From Mayamaea pseudoterrestris (lineage: Eukaryota), in the NCBI GenBank assembly GCA_027923505.1, contig BROI01000017.1:558001-622000 (forward strand): a stretch of DNA of 64,000 nt. Direction: 5' to 3'. This document shows positions 13,301 to 24,034 of this stretch, piece after piece; the stretch's first letter is position 1; every line of letters starts with the position of its first letter. The position numbers and the translations under genes are program-made. The notes below the pieces were generated by a model. The model was not told the DNA's origin. It searched no databases and saw only the letters and a program-made list of their open reading frames with translations.

Positions 13301-14822
13301 ACAGCCTTCAAGCCTTGAGCTCCTTGCGGCAAGTATGAGTCGCGCTGCACCCAGTGAAAAGCATCCAAGTGAACGCTGGAACGACCGCAATACTGGCCGT
13401 TAATCTCTTCTACTCCAGTGCGCTCAAACATGCTGATCCCATGATGCTTAGCTCTAGTGTCAACAAATGGCCAATCGAAAAAGTCGCCGTTATAGGTGAC
13501 TACAATGTGCGGTCGGTGTTTACGATACTCGTCAAAGAATCGCTCCAACAAAGCCTTTTCGTCAACTTCGTTGAAAATATGAAAGGGTCCGGGATAGTTT
13601 GGTTTCGGAGTATATTCAAAGTCGCCAACATCCTGCGAAACAACCGATCGACTCGTAATCAGGTAGCCCTGGCCACCACTTGGCGTTGAAACCATGTATG
13701 AAATCATGAAAATTTCGTCCACATCAGCGGAAGGAAACTTGAGCGGCGCCTTGGTGCACTCAATGTCAAATGCCAGGAACGTTGGCTCTGCTTTGCTTTC
13801 GCGGTCAGCCTCAAGCAGCGTGACACCGCCTGTTGATTGCTCATTCTCGTTTTCACTGAGCATGGTATCCGAGACTTGCACCGTGTACCATGTTCCGCAT
13901 CGAATATCCAAGTCGGTGCAGACACGAACTACGTATGGAACATCGTACTCGCGCATGTCCGTTAGTAATTGAAGAGGCTCCTTCCAGATGTCTTGCATGT
14001 GTTGATGAGGATCCATGGAGAAGGTGTACTGCGAGCGCTTCGTTTGAGCCGACTTGACAATGCTTCGAAGCTGTTCTCTAGCCTCGGTCAACTGCGATAC
14101 GTTGTCAAATAAGAGCTGAAGCATTGGCCGTCCCTTGTGATTGTTAGGTGACAAGTGGTTTGGCTGGTCAAGATCGAGCTTGTGGACGACTCGACACGAC
14201 GACAAGGTTCCTTCGAGAAGTCGATTCAAGTTGGATAGCAAAAGTTCCAAAACCACGTCAATCTGCGAACTATCTTGAATCAAAGACAGATCTGGCATGA
14301 GATAAAAGTAGGGCCGAAAGAGTACTGTGGACTTGAAAATATGTCTTGATTCCGTGCAAAAGTAAAGATCAAGGCCCGATCGTTCGGCTCCTCCGTCGTC
14401 TGCAGATGCCACTGAAACCTAATTGCGCAATGGAAGAGGTGAATGAGCATTAGATCTTCTCTATCTAGTACATAGCGCTGTCGAATCGTCACAATGCGCT
14501 ATTCGTCACTTACAGTCGTCGGCAAAACGTTGTAGAGCCATCCTCGTTTCCGCAAATCTTCAGGTTCCGTCGACTTGACATTTTGATACGAAAATCTCTC
14601 GACGCCAAAGCTTTCATCGACTACTTCTCCAGCATGTTGCTTGCGTCGTCTCCACTCCGCCTTAGTTTCAGCATTGTCGTCGGTTGATGATGATTTTGGA
14701 GCCTGTCGATAGGACGTTGCTCCTCCTCCACCAAACTGACGCTGGTAGTTGGATTTCTTGTTTCCATTGCCGCCCTTGCGCTTCTGCATGGCCTGCCCAA
14801 ACACTTGGTTGGTTGGCCCCAT
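7377..14822 (-). CDS. POLE: DNA polymerase epsilon catalytic subunit A, 6 exons
   Basis: Exonuclease motifs AFDIECTK and [11 protein letters not shown]; polymerase motifs [23 protein letters not shown] and ELDTDGIW; C-terminal Cys clusters. Introns 14513-14419, 12789-12707, 12626-12546, 12008-11935 and 11409-11329 restore the frame. Confidence 0.97.
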
Positions 14823-15064
14823 GATGGAAAGATAGTCTACTCGTCAATGCTGTGACAGAAAATCAATGATCGGTCACTGGCATGTGGCGCGGCGGAGATG
14901 AGACGAGGCTTGCGCGCGCTGGCAGCATCCAATGCGTTTTCACAAGCGGGAATGAAAAGACATTTTAGTGTTGCTGCGACGCTTTTTGGCCTCGGCAACT
15001 TTCGGCCTTTTCGTCACGTGCCTCGTCAACTTCATTGTCCTTGGTTCCTCGCCCATTTGCGACC

Positions 15065-16515
15065 ATGGCTTCAACAGCATCGGCTCTAGCAAGTCGAAGT
15101 ATATGGAACAAGCTTTCTTCCGTCCCAGCAAAGTATCCATTTGCCTTTGGCGTCGCCTTTTCCGGCTTCAAGACCTCCTTCAGCGACTTGCTTGTGCAAA
15201 CGGTTGTTGAGCAGAAGGAATGGAAAGAAGTCAACTGGAAACGCAATGGAGCTTTCGCAGCATTTGGATTTATATATTTGGGAGGAATCCAATATGTCTT
15301 GTATGTCCCAGTCTTTGGTAGAATGTTTCCACAGGCAGCTGCCTTTGCCAAGAAGGACTTGCGAGCCAAAATAAAGGATCGCGTCGGCGCATTTCAACTC
15401 GTGGCACAAGTCTTTATTGATCAGTTTATTCACCATCCAATCGCTTACTTTCCATGCTTTTACATAACTAAAGAACTCGTCATGAACCCGCAACCAGATA
15501 TTTGGAAAGCACTGGAAGTTTATCGAGGGAACATGTTCGAGGACTGGAAAGCTTTATGGAAAATCTGGGTTCCTGCTCAAATACTTAACTTTGCCTTGTA
15601 CGTATGCGAAAGTGGCTCATTTAACTCGATCTGCACTATATGAACTCACATTCTGAACTACGTACGCAGCATGCCAATGTACATGCGTATTCCATGCGTC
15701 GCCACCACGTCTCTCGTCTGGACATGTATACTCTCCGCAATGCGAGGTGGCGATCTTGCGCATGGCGAGGACATGGCGGGAGGAGCCATCACGGGAGCAA
15801 CTCTTATGATTATGAAGGAGGGACTGGGAAGTATACTTACCTCGCCAGCTGGAGACTTGGAGCGAGACAAGTCACACGTGGTTTTGACGGCAACCGGGCG
15901 CGACAAGACCGGTTGGGTGGCTGCACTCTCGCGGGCGGTTGCCAATGAAGGAGGCAACGTGACACACTCCAAGATGGTGCGACTGGGACATGAATTCATC
16001 ATTCAGATGCATGTCAGTGTCCCGCCGGAAAAGTCACGCCAATTTCTCAAGTCATTGCGGCGGAACCCGCAACTGAAGGGGCTCGACATTCGATCCAACT
16101 CAATTGCTCGACGAGGAACAGGTTCCTTTGAAGCTCCACAAATGAGCTTTCATGTACGCTGTGTGGGAGAAGATAAGTGAGTTATATACTGCATGCAAAT
16201 GGTGTTCATAAGGTTTATGCAATTTTCTAACCTTTCTTCTTATTCAAACCTTCCAAAAGAGTTGGCATGCTTGCCGCCATTTCCGAGTCTCTTCGAGACC
16301 ATGGATTGTCCGTCGAGAATGTTATGACTGAACTCCAAAGTAGCAAGACTCACGGCGTAGACTTTGTTGTACAAGCTGACTGCGTTTCATGTCGACACAT
16401 GAGTCATGATGAGATTATGAACTTGGTAAATGAGCTGAGCGATATGCGGGAGACTTTGAATTTGGATGTGGTTGACGTGCGCGTCCACAGGCTTGATCAT
16501 CAAGCTTGTGAATAG
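15065..16515 (+). CDS. Mpv17/PMP22-family membrane protein fused to two ACT domains, 3 exons
   Basis: SDLLVQ, DQFIHHP and WKIWVPAQILNFAF are Mpv17 motifs. TATGRDKTGWVAALS and CVGEDKVGMLAAIS are ACT motifs. Introns 15598-15669 and 16177-16259 splice in frame. Confidence 0.85.
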
Positions 16516-16664
16516 ATAGACGAAAGCATTATATGTTTTGTGCAACTACTATGTGCACTTGTAGGGAAGATAAGAGCTTGGCATTCTATCAACGAGTGGT
16601 CGGCTTCGATACGTCGCAAAGCAAGCGCTCACATAGTATGCCGTGAACGCGCAAAGCCACGTGT

Positions 16665-16800
16665 TTACGTCACAAGGCAATAGTATGAAACGAGTGCCAG
16701 TGTCAATGACGTCATAAGGCAATAATATGAAACAGGTGCCAGTGTCAATAACGTCACAAGGCAATACTAGGAAACGAGTGCCAGTGTCAATTACGTCATG
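16665..16800. repeat. 42-bp minisatellite, ~3.2 units (locus 1), just upstream of the TruA gene
   Basis: ACGTCA recurs at 16667, 16709, 16751 and 16793. Unit ~ACGTCACAAGGCAATAGTATGAAACGAGTGCCAGTGTCAATN. Confidence 0.95.
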
Positions 16801-16856
16801 ATAGAAGTGAATTCAACATCCATTCATGAAGATGTTGATCGTCGAGGCTAGCCACC

Positions 16857-17951
16857 ATGAAATTGACCATGGCGTTGCGTCCTGGATTCACGCGCTATGC
16901 CGTTCGCTTTCAGTATCATGGTGGACCGTTCCTAGGGTTCTCTCAACAAAAGCAAGAAGACTGCATAATGCCAGATGGTACTGATTTGAGGGGACACACA
17001 TCCGTCGAAACTCGACTCCGACGAGCCCTCCACAAACTTGTTCCGTCGCATGACGAAGATTTCCAACTGCAGGTTTCTAGTCGGACCGACCGCGGAGTCC
17101 ATGCATTGGGAAATACACTGCACGTCGATCTACCCTCGGGAATCGTCACACCGAAACAACTTCTACATGGATGGCAGTACCACTTGATGCGCGATGAGTT
17201 TTACCATTATACTGCCCCGCATTCTCCAATAGCAGCGAGAGCACAACGAATTAAGAACGCTAGTCTTTATAAACAAGGCGACGACTACATTCGAGCTGGA
17301 CCTGGAAAAGATATTAACATTCTTAATGCGGTCCAGGCCACACTCAGAATGCAAAACGGACGAACGGAAGAGGAGGAAGATTGGAACGCTAGATTCAGTG
17401 CGACGGAACGACTCTACGTTTACCGCATTCTTCAGCCATCATCTCAAAATCATGTGAGTATAGGCATTCCATTTGAATATGACAGATCTTGGCTTCTCAA
17501 ACCTAGCCGTAATCAGCGAGTGCTTGATCTTCAAGCTATGCAATGGGCTGCAGCCGCATTGGTCGGCGAACACGACTTTTCAAGCTTTCGAGCCAAGGGC
17601 TGCCAGCAAACCAGTCCTGTCATTCAATTGCGCGATATATCGGTGTACTCGCAGCCCTATGGTCTGCCTTTTGTACAAGGAAGTAATGGTGGTTTGTTGG
17701 GATTGGGAGCATCGCAAGGTGCGCAGCTGATTACTATTGCAGTCCGTGCGAACTCCTTCTTATATCGCATGGTTCGAAACCTTGTCGGCTATCTTGTTCA
17801 CGTTGGACAGCATGATGATACTACGCAAATGCAAGTTGAAGAACGCACGCGACAGCTGCTAGGTGCTCGTGATCGTAATCTTGCTCCCAGCATGGCACCC
17901 GCTCAAGGACTCTTTCTGGTGCACGTAAAGCACGGGGAGTTTGAATTTTGA
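16857..17951 (+). CDS. truA: tRNA pseudouridine synthase, TruA family
   Basis: FQYHGGPFLGF, catalytic SSRTDRGVHA, GEHDFSSFR, FLYRMVRNLVG, APAQGLFL. Confidence 0.93.
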   Translation: MKLTMALRPGFTRYAVRFQYHGGPFLGFSQQKQEDCIMPDGTDLRGHTSVETRLRRALHKLVPSHDEDFQLQVSSRTDRGVHALGNTLHVDLPSGIVTPKQLLHGWQYHLMRDEFYHYTAPHSPIAARAQRIKNASLYKQGDDYIRAGPGKDINILNAVQATLRMQNGRTEEEEDWNARFSATERLYVYRILQPSSQNHVSIGIPFEYDRSWLLKPSRNQRVLDLQAMQWAAAALVGEHDFSSFRAKGCQQTSPVIQLRDISVYSQPYGLPFVQGSNGGLLGLGASQGAQLITIAVRANSFLYRMVRNLVGYLVHVGQHDDTTQMQVEERTRQLLGARDRNLAPSMAPAQGLFLVHVKHGEFEF

Positions 17952-18740
17952 CTGCTTGGCTAAACGTATTGACTGGATCTTTGCAATTTTTAGGGCCTGC
18001 TTCCTTGTGCTGATGCGATAGCGCGCGGACGAGGCTGGCCGTTCTCAAAAAAAGACTGATCACCATGCTAATTTTTTGGCCAGCAATTGGACAATTACCT
18101 TCGCTGCACTTGTCATGCGACAACTCGCGAATCGTGCCGCTGTTACCGTGCTAATTTGAAGGCTTTCTACCTAGATGCCGAATAGGTTTACGATGATGAG
18201 GCGCAACAGTGTGAGTATACAGACGAGTAAAGAACTTGCTACCGTAGTCAATGCCTTGCTATGATTTTGCTAAACTTGTATGCGGCTAGGTAATCATTTC
18301 TTCAACCAGTTCTTAGTTTCGTTCTTTACTACTAGTAGTCGCTTGTATGATAGAAACACAATAGCTAAATGGCATGAACGAACCAATCGTTTCAATGGTG
18401 CGTACCTGATGTTTTACTATCAATCAATGTGTACTGATCGCGCGAGCGCGCCACACATCGAATTCGAGGACGAAAACTTCCGCCGGCCTTTCAATTTTCA
18501 CCGAAATCTCGACTTCGACACCTATGATCCAATTCAGCTCCTCGTAGGAACACCAACAACATCCTCACCTTTGGGTGCATTAGCTATTAAGAAAGAAGAC
18601 TGCTGTTAAAATTTTGGGAAGGAACAAGGCACGAGCGGGTCGCGTCGGGACGACTCGGTTACGGCAATCAAGCGAAGAAGCAACACGCTCCAAGCGCAAT
18701 TCTACAAACTTTACTGCGTGTCTTACTCGAAACAAAAAAC

Positions 18741-19835
18741 ATGCAGGTTCTTCAACACGATGCCATTCATGAACATCGCACTCTTATCATTAACGGCGTT
18801 GACGCCGACCCCGACGCCTTTCCATTTTTTGCCTACATTGGTTGGGGCGGAGGTGCATTGATCGCTCCTGACCTCGTCCTTACGGCGGGACATTGCTTGC
18901 CCGACGACCAAAAGACGCTGCGAAAAATGAAGGTCCAGGTGGGAAAGTACTATAGAAACGACGATGATGACAGGCACGGAGGCAGCCGGCGTCACCGAGA
19001 CGACGATACTTCAGCCGTTGAAACCTTTCGCGTCGCCAGAGCTATCCAGCATCCTCTATTTCGCATCGAGGAACATGAAGATGACGAAGATGTCTTTCAT
19101 CACGACTATCTACTGTTGAAGCTCGACGGCCGATCCAGCGCTCCGGTTGTCACCATTAATCGCGATCCCTCCTTTCCTCAACCCGGCGATTCGCTCACGG
19201 TGACTGGCATGGGCTGGATTGAGCCAGACTGGCCCGATGTTTTCCCAAAGGTTCTTCAAACGGTGCAACTCGACTATTTGCCAAGCGATCAGTGCGCTCG
19301 ATCGTCCGGACGAGGCATTTCCTACCGCCACAAGATTCAAGACTGGCATTTGTGCACGAGCGGTGGAAAGCACAATGAGCGTGATGCGTGCGCATATGAT
19401 TCTGGGAGTCCCATTTTGGCCAAAGATAGCAAGACGGGCAAGCAAGTCTTGGTGGGAACTGTCAGTTGGGGCGAGGAGTGCGCCGACGAAGATTTTCCGG
19501 GCGTCAATTCGCGGACGAGCTTGGCGAGCGAGTGGATCGATGCCGTTGTTTGCGAGTACAGTGACGATCCGCCCGCGGACTTTAACTGTGCGAGTCGTCA
19601 TCAAGGATCATTGTTGAATTTTGATGAGCATCATCAGCATCATCCGTTGGAACTGCTGGTCGGTATAACGTTGATGGTTGCATCGTTGCTCTTGTTGCGC
19701 TGGTTCAAGAGCAAGAATACGAAAAGGTTGCTGCCAGCGAATGGCAAACTGGATGGTTTCCGGCGCATTGTTCGGCAAGGCAGCTCCTACTCGTACGACT
19801 CGGTCGGTAGCGGTGGTGTTGAAATTATCACATGA
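18741..19835 (+). CDS. Trypsin-like (S1A) serine protease with C-terminal TM helix; 5' end uncertain
   Basis: R-TL-IING activation-like site, LTAGHC, HDYLLLKL, DACAYDSGSP and VSWGEEC. No signal peptide in this ORF. Confidence 0.88.
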   Translation: MQVLQHDAIHEHRTLIINGVDADPDAFPFFAYIGWGGGALIAPDLVLTAGHCLPDDQKTLRKMKVQVGKYYRNDDDDRHGGSRRHRDDDTSAVETFRVARAIQHPLFRIEEHEDDEDVFHHDYLLLKLDGRSSAPVVTINRDPSFPQPGDSLTVTGMGWIEPDWPDVFPKVLQTVQLDYLPSDQCARSSGRGISYRHKIQDWHLCTSGGKHNERDACAYDSGSPILAKDSKTGKQVLVGTVSWGEECADEDFPGVNSRTSLASEWIDAVVCEYSDDPPADFNCASRHQGSLLNFDEHHQHHPLELLVGITLMVASLLLLRWFKSKNTKRLLPANGKLDGFRRIVRQGSSYSYDSVGSGGVEIIT

Positions 19836-20011
19836 GCCATGCAGAGGCGACTCATTTTTGTGGTTTACATCTTTGATTCCCAAGATCATCTATAAGAGAT
19901 GATGTGTTTTGAAGTGGAGTGGAACCATTTCATTTTTGCATTCATTGGATATCTAATCTAGTGCTCCATTTTATTTAAGATTTAATCGTGCATAGGATGC
20001 GCTCACATAAT

Positions 20012-21133
20012 TTAATCAACCGTAATTTCCATCTTGACTCCCTCCATAGTCCCATCCTTGCTAGTGTCTCGATTAACACACTTTCTATATAGATCCAAAA
20101 ATGCTGTTTTGGCCTCCGGGGTTGTCAGTTCGTCCAGCGCTTGCACATCGTCTTCACTCAGCTGAAAATCGAAAACGCTGCCGTTCTCCACCATGCGTTC
20201 CTTCCGCGCCGACTTTGGCACATATGCAAACCCTTTTTGCACGCACCAGCGCCCAAGAATCTGGGCAGGTGTCTTGTCTTGACGCTTGGCAATTGATTGA
20301 ACGACTGGGTGGTCAAATGCCTTGCCGTCGCGGAGACTGCGATACGATTGCATCACGACGCCTTCCTGCTGAAACAATTCAATCGTCTTGCTGCGATATA
20401 GAAAGGGATTAATTTCAATTTGATTCACGGCAGGTAAATCTTCGGCGTGAATCGACTCGTCTTGCTTTAGCTCCAAAAAGTCTTCCCACGCGTAGTTGGA
20501 AACCCCAATGTTTCGAATCTTGCCTTGGCGCTTGAGTTCAATCAACGTCTTGTAGGCAGTCACGTGATGCTTGGGAACTGGCCAGTGAATGAGATACAAG
20601 TCAAGATAGTCGGTCCGAAGGTCAGAAAGCGTTTGCTCAAGTTGCTTGCACACCGCATCGGGACCTTGCTCAATTGTAGACGTCCAAACCTTGCTGCATA
20701 AAAATAATTCGTCTCGCGGAATACCGGATTGCGTGATAGCATTTCCAATCTCTCGCTCATTATTGTAAAATTGCGCGCATTCCAAGAATCTGTATCCGAC
20801 TTCAAGAGCGTCCTTGATAATTTCTTCCGCCGATCTCGTCGGTGCAGTCGAAGAAGCTGCTGCTGAAGCACTAGGTGGAATGTATCCGACCTTGTATGTT
20901 CCAAACCCGATAATGGGATGTTTCGTGCCGTCTCGAAGCTTCAAACTGGGGCAGTTGACGAAAGATGAAGGACCATGTTGGTCGAAAGTCGAGGAACTCA
21001 TTGTTCGAAGAATACACTTGAAAATTGGGAGTTTCGCGCGAGTTGCGATTGGATAATGTGTGAACGATAATGAGGAGCGTAGCAATAGAAGCATGAGACA
21101 AACGAAGCGGCACTTTTGTATGCTCATTCCCAT
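20012..21133 (-). CDS. Aldo/keto reductase (2,5-DKG reductase-like), probable plastid presequence
   Basis: IGFGTY, FYNNE, SKVW, DYLDLYLIHWP, IGVSNY, NQIEINP and PKS. N-terminal LMLLLLRSSLS-F. Confidence 0.92.
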   Translation of the reverse strand: MGMSIQKCRFVCLMLLLLRSSLSFTHYPIATRAKLPIFKCILRTMSSSTFDQHGPSSFVNCPSLKLRDGTKHPIIGFGTYKVGYIPPSASAAASSTAPTRSAEEIIKDALEVGYRFLECAQFYNNEREIGNAITQSGIPRDELFLCSKVWTSTIEQGPDAVCKQLEQTLSDLRTDYLDLYLIHWPVPKHHVTAYKTLIELKRQGKIRNIGVSNYAWEDFLELKQDESIHAEDLPAVNQIEINPFLYRSKTIELFQQEGVVMQSYRSLRDGKAFDHPVVQSIAKRQDKTPAQILGRWCVQKGFAYVPKSARKERMVENGSVFDFQLSEDDVQALDELTTPEAKTAFLDLYRKCVNRDTSKDGTMEGVKMEITVD

Positions 21134-21179
21134 GGTGAGATGATTGTGCCACTGCGTGCGAAAGATCGCGCGAAAGCAT

Positions 21180-21376
21180 AGTGCCAATGAAAACTACGTC
21201 ATGAGGCAATAGTATGAAACGAGTGCCAGTGAAAACTACGTCATGAGGCAATATTATGAAACGAGTGCCAGTGAAAATTACGTCACGAGGCAATAGTGTG
21301 AAACGAGTGCCAGTGAAAACTACGTCAATAGGCAATAGTATGAAACGAGTGCCAGTGAAAACTACGTCATGCGGCA
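21180..21376. repeat. 42-bp minisatellite, ~4.7 units (locus 2), in the divergent AKR/ankyrin intergenic region
   Basis: ACGTCA at 21196, 21238, 21280, 21322 and 21364. Unit ACGTCATGAGGCAATAGTATGAAACGAGTGCCAGTGAAAACT. Confidence 0.95.
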
Positions 21377-21582
21377 TACGTGTAACACGTCACTTTCAAG
21401 TCACCCTACGACCTTCGGTATAAATACAGGTCAGACTTCAAACTTGATGGCGTTTCTCGAGCGAGTCGGCCTCGCCGGAATTTTGCTTCGAACATCAGAC
21501 GAGAGGCGGCGATCCAACTAATCCGCTATACCGGACTGATACATTGTCAGAACGCTGAGCTAATCTTCATCAAGGCGGAGTA

Positions 21583-23958
21583 ATGATGGCGACGGTTGAG
21601 TCGAGGCTTCCTAGTTGGATTCATTTTCATATTGACGATCAGCAGGGGCCGAGGGATGATGCTTCCCACAGAACAAATGCACAAACACGCACCCCAAGTA
21701 CCAGCCCTCGCCGGTTGAGGCAGCAAGGGGTGACACCTTCCTCTTCACCTTCTGCACCTACATCTCCGATGTCGGTGATGTTTACAGAGTCGGTTCTGGT
21801 GCAGCTGATTCGACAAGGTCGTCATGACGACGCACTAAGTATTTGCACGTCGGATCCAAGTCAAGCAAGACCAGTTCCCATCCACCCGCAGATTCTTTCC
21901 AGTTCTCCGTCAAGTCGTTGGAGAAGTTATGACAGTTCGATCAACGATCGGCGAACAAGAAAGGTGTCAATACAACTATATCATCCAACTGCTTTGGGAG
22001 TTGCGCTCCAGCAGTTGTTCCATTCCCATTCCGTACAACAGACGTACTTGGGTCCATCAACGGCGGAAGGAGAAACGGCGAACGCCACTCTTATCAAGTT
22101 GCTTATTAAAGCTTGCCCCTGGCAACTTCGGTGTCCACAGGAAGTAGTGGGAGGTACGCCCCTGCGACAACTGCTTCAATATGCCCACAGCGATTTTGTG
22201 ACGCTGGATCTGTTGTCGATGCTCTTACAGGCGGATGAAGATCTGGAGGGGAGTCAAGCCCATATTGCTTGTATGAACACTGAACCTGAAAATTGCAACG
22301 ACGTTGACGCAGATAGTAACATACTCAGCAGCGCTTCATTATGGCCGGCCGTCAACCAGCGCGATTCTAGTGGTTTCGATGTGCTTGATTATGTTGTGTC
22401 TTCAGTTCATATTGGAACATTGACGATAGACAAGGCTATGGGGATTCTTCAACTCTTAATGGAATTTCATTCACCTATGCTAGCGACTCAAGATCACGAC
22501 TTGGCTGTCCTGGTGCGTCTCTTCTCACTGGGAACCTCCTTTGGCTACTCTCCTCCGTCGCTTGGTGCGCCGCGTATGCTCGCAAATCTGTCATCGCCGC
22601 TCCAGGTTGACGAGTCGGGTCGATTGGAACGTATGCTTGAAATTACTCACCGCTTATTGCTGTGGCGACCATCGCTTCTGCATGCCAAATCGTCTGTCAC
22701 TGGATGCACCCCGCTTCATGTGGCCATTCGCAACTACGGCAACTTTGATCGCTTGATTCGAGAACTGCTTCTGCATCAAGACGACTGCCAATGTATCATG
22801 CAGCATCGTAACGTTTACGGTGACCTACCGCTTCACGTCGCTTGTGCCGTTGGTGTTCCCATGGATATATTGCATTTGATACTCGCCAGAACTTTGCTTG
22901 CATCGGAGGAAACGGCAAGCGGCGACACGAATTCTTCTCGAGGCGACGGCCCACACAAACTCATTTGGAGCAGAAACCTTGCTGGTTATACTCCAGTGGA
23001 TTTGGAGTGGATTCGACACATTGAAGTAGGCAATGGCTTTTTCTCGCATCGGTCATTCTATCCACTGGACACGCGTGGTATTCGCAAGCTTCCCTCTAAT
23101 CGTGCCAATGACATGTATCAGACATTGCTAAGACAGGCCGTGGATCAAATCATATCGAACGATGGAGAACTTGCGAATGAGATTAATAACATTAACACGA
23201 ATTTGGGTACCTCCGTTGCAGCCCATCTTGCAGCGCGGGTGGACTGGACCTCTCGTGAGAATCGATCCTTCGGCTTGCTTCTCCATCGTATCTTTCTCAT
23301 TATACGTACAGCCTTTCGCGATTCATTCTCTACATACCCAGTTGATTTGTCTGGCGATATACTGCATTTGGCGACGACTTTGATAACACCAACAGTTCCG
23401 TCGCTGCCGCGACCAATCGGGGAGTTGATCCTATGGCAATATCCGGAGGAGCTTCAGCGACGCGATCATCTTGGCCGTTTACCTCTTCACTACTGTTTTG
23501 GAGCGGCTGCGAATGCATCTCCCGCTTTCGCGGCGAGTCTTACGCGGTTGGACGAAAATCAGTCAACTGTGGCATCAGAATGGACCGAATGGGTAAAAAG
23601 TATCATCGAACGAGATCCGTTAACATGTCACGTGAAGGATAACTTTGGACGTCTTCCTCTCCACTACGCATTGTTGCAACTTTGTCCATCATGCGCGGAT
23701 GAACGCTGGACTCAGCCTGTGATCATTGCCATGACAAATATAATCGAGCTATTAGTTGACTTTCACCCAGACTCAGTTCAAATTTGTGACCCTGTGACGG
23801 GCCTGTGCCCATTCATGATGGCTGCCAGTAATCGGTCCTTGCCTCTAAGCACAACTTACTCTTTGCTAAAGCATACTCCCGGCGTTTCGCTTTTGAGATT
23901 CAAAGGCGGATTTCGGCTGAGTACGCGCAATCGAAAAAGATCGCTCTCCGGCGTTTAA
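21583..23958 (+). CDS. Ankyrin-repeat-containing protein
   Basis: Repeated GCTPLHVA, GDLPLHVAC, GRLPLHY (x2) and TGLCPFMMAA. Confidence 0.8.
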   Translation: MMATVESRLPSWIHFHIDDQQGPRDDASHRTNAQTRTPSTSPRRLRQQGVTPSSSPSAPTSPMSVMFTESVLVQLIRQGRHDDALSICTSDPSQARPVPIHPQILSSSPSSRWRSYDSSINDRRTRKVSIQLYHPTALGVALQQLFHSHSVQQTYLGPSTAEGETANATLIKLLIKACPWQLRCPQEVVGGTPLRQLLQYAHSDFVTLDLLSMLLQADEDLEGSQAHIACMNTEPENCNDVDADSNILSSASLWPAVNQRDSSGFDVLDYVVSSVHIGTLTIDKAMGILQLLMEFHSPMLATQDHDLAVLVRLFSLGTSFGYSPPSLGAPRMLANLSSPLQVDESGRLERMLEITHRLLLWRPSLLHAKSSVTGCTPLHVAIRNYGNFDRLIRELLLHQDDCQCIMQHRNVYGDLPLHVACAVGVPMDILHLILARTLLASEETASGDTNSSRGDGPHKLIWSRNLAGYTPVDLEWIRHIEVGNGFFSHRSFYPLDTRGIRKLPSNRANDMYQTLLRQAVDQIISNDGELANEINNINTNLGTSVAAHLAARVDWTSRENRSFGLLLHRIFLIIRTAFRDSFSTYPVDLSGDILHLATTLITPTVPSLPRPIGELILWQYPEELQRRDHLGRLPLHYCFGAAANASPAFAASLTRLDENQSTVASEWTEWVKSIIERDPLTCHVKDNFGRLPLHYALLQLCPSCADERWTQPVIIAMTNIIELLVDFHPDSVQICDPVTGLCPFMMAASNRSLPLSTTYSLLKHTPGVSLLRFKGGFRLSTRNRKRSLSGV

Positions 23959-24034
23959 TACCGTTATGCAAGGCAGCCAAAGACATTTTTATAACGAGTT
24001 TGGAAGCAACAAATCATTAATTTATACAAGTTAT

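Noticed and set aside
18280..18609. 109-aa ORF upstream of the trypsin gene
   Set aside because: No motif, different frame from the trypsin, and I could not establish a convincing splice to it.
20871..21377. 168-aa ORF with (HDVVFTGTRFILLP)n repeats, and the similar ORF at 16549-16764
   Set aside because: By-product of the 42-bp minisatellite; it overlaps the AKR gene out of frame.
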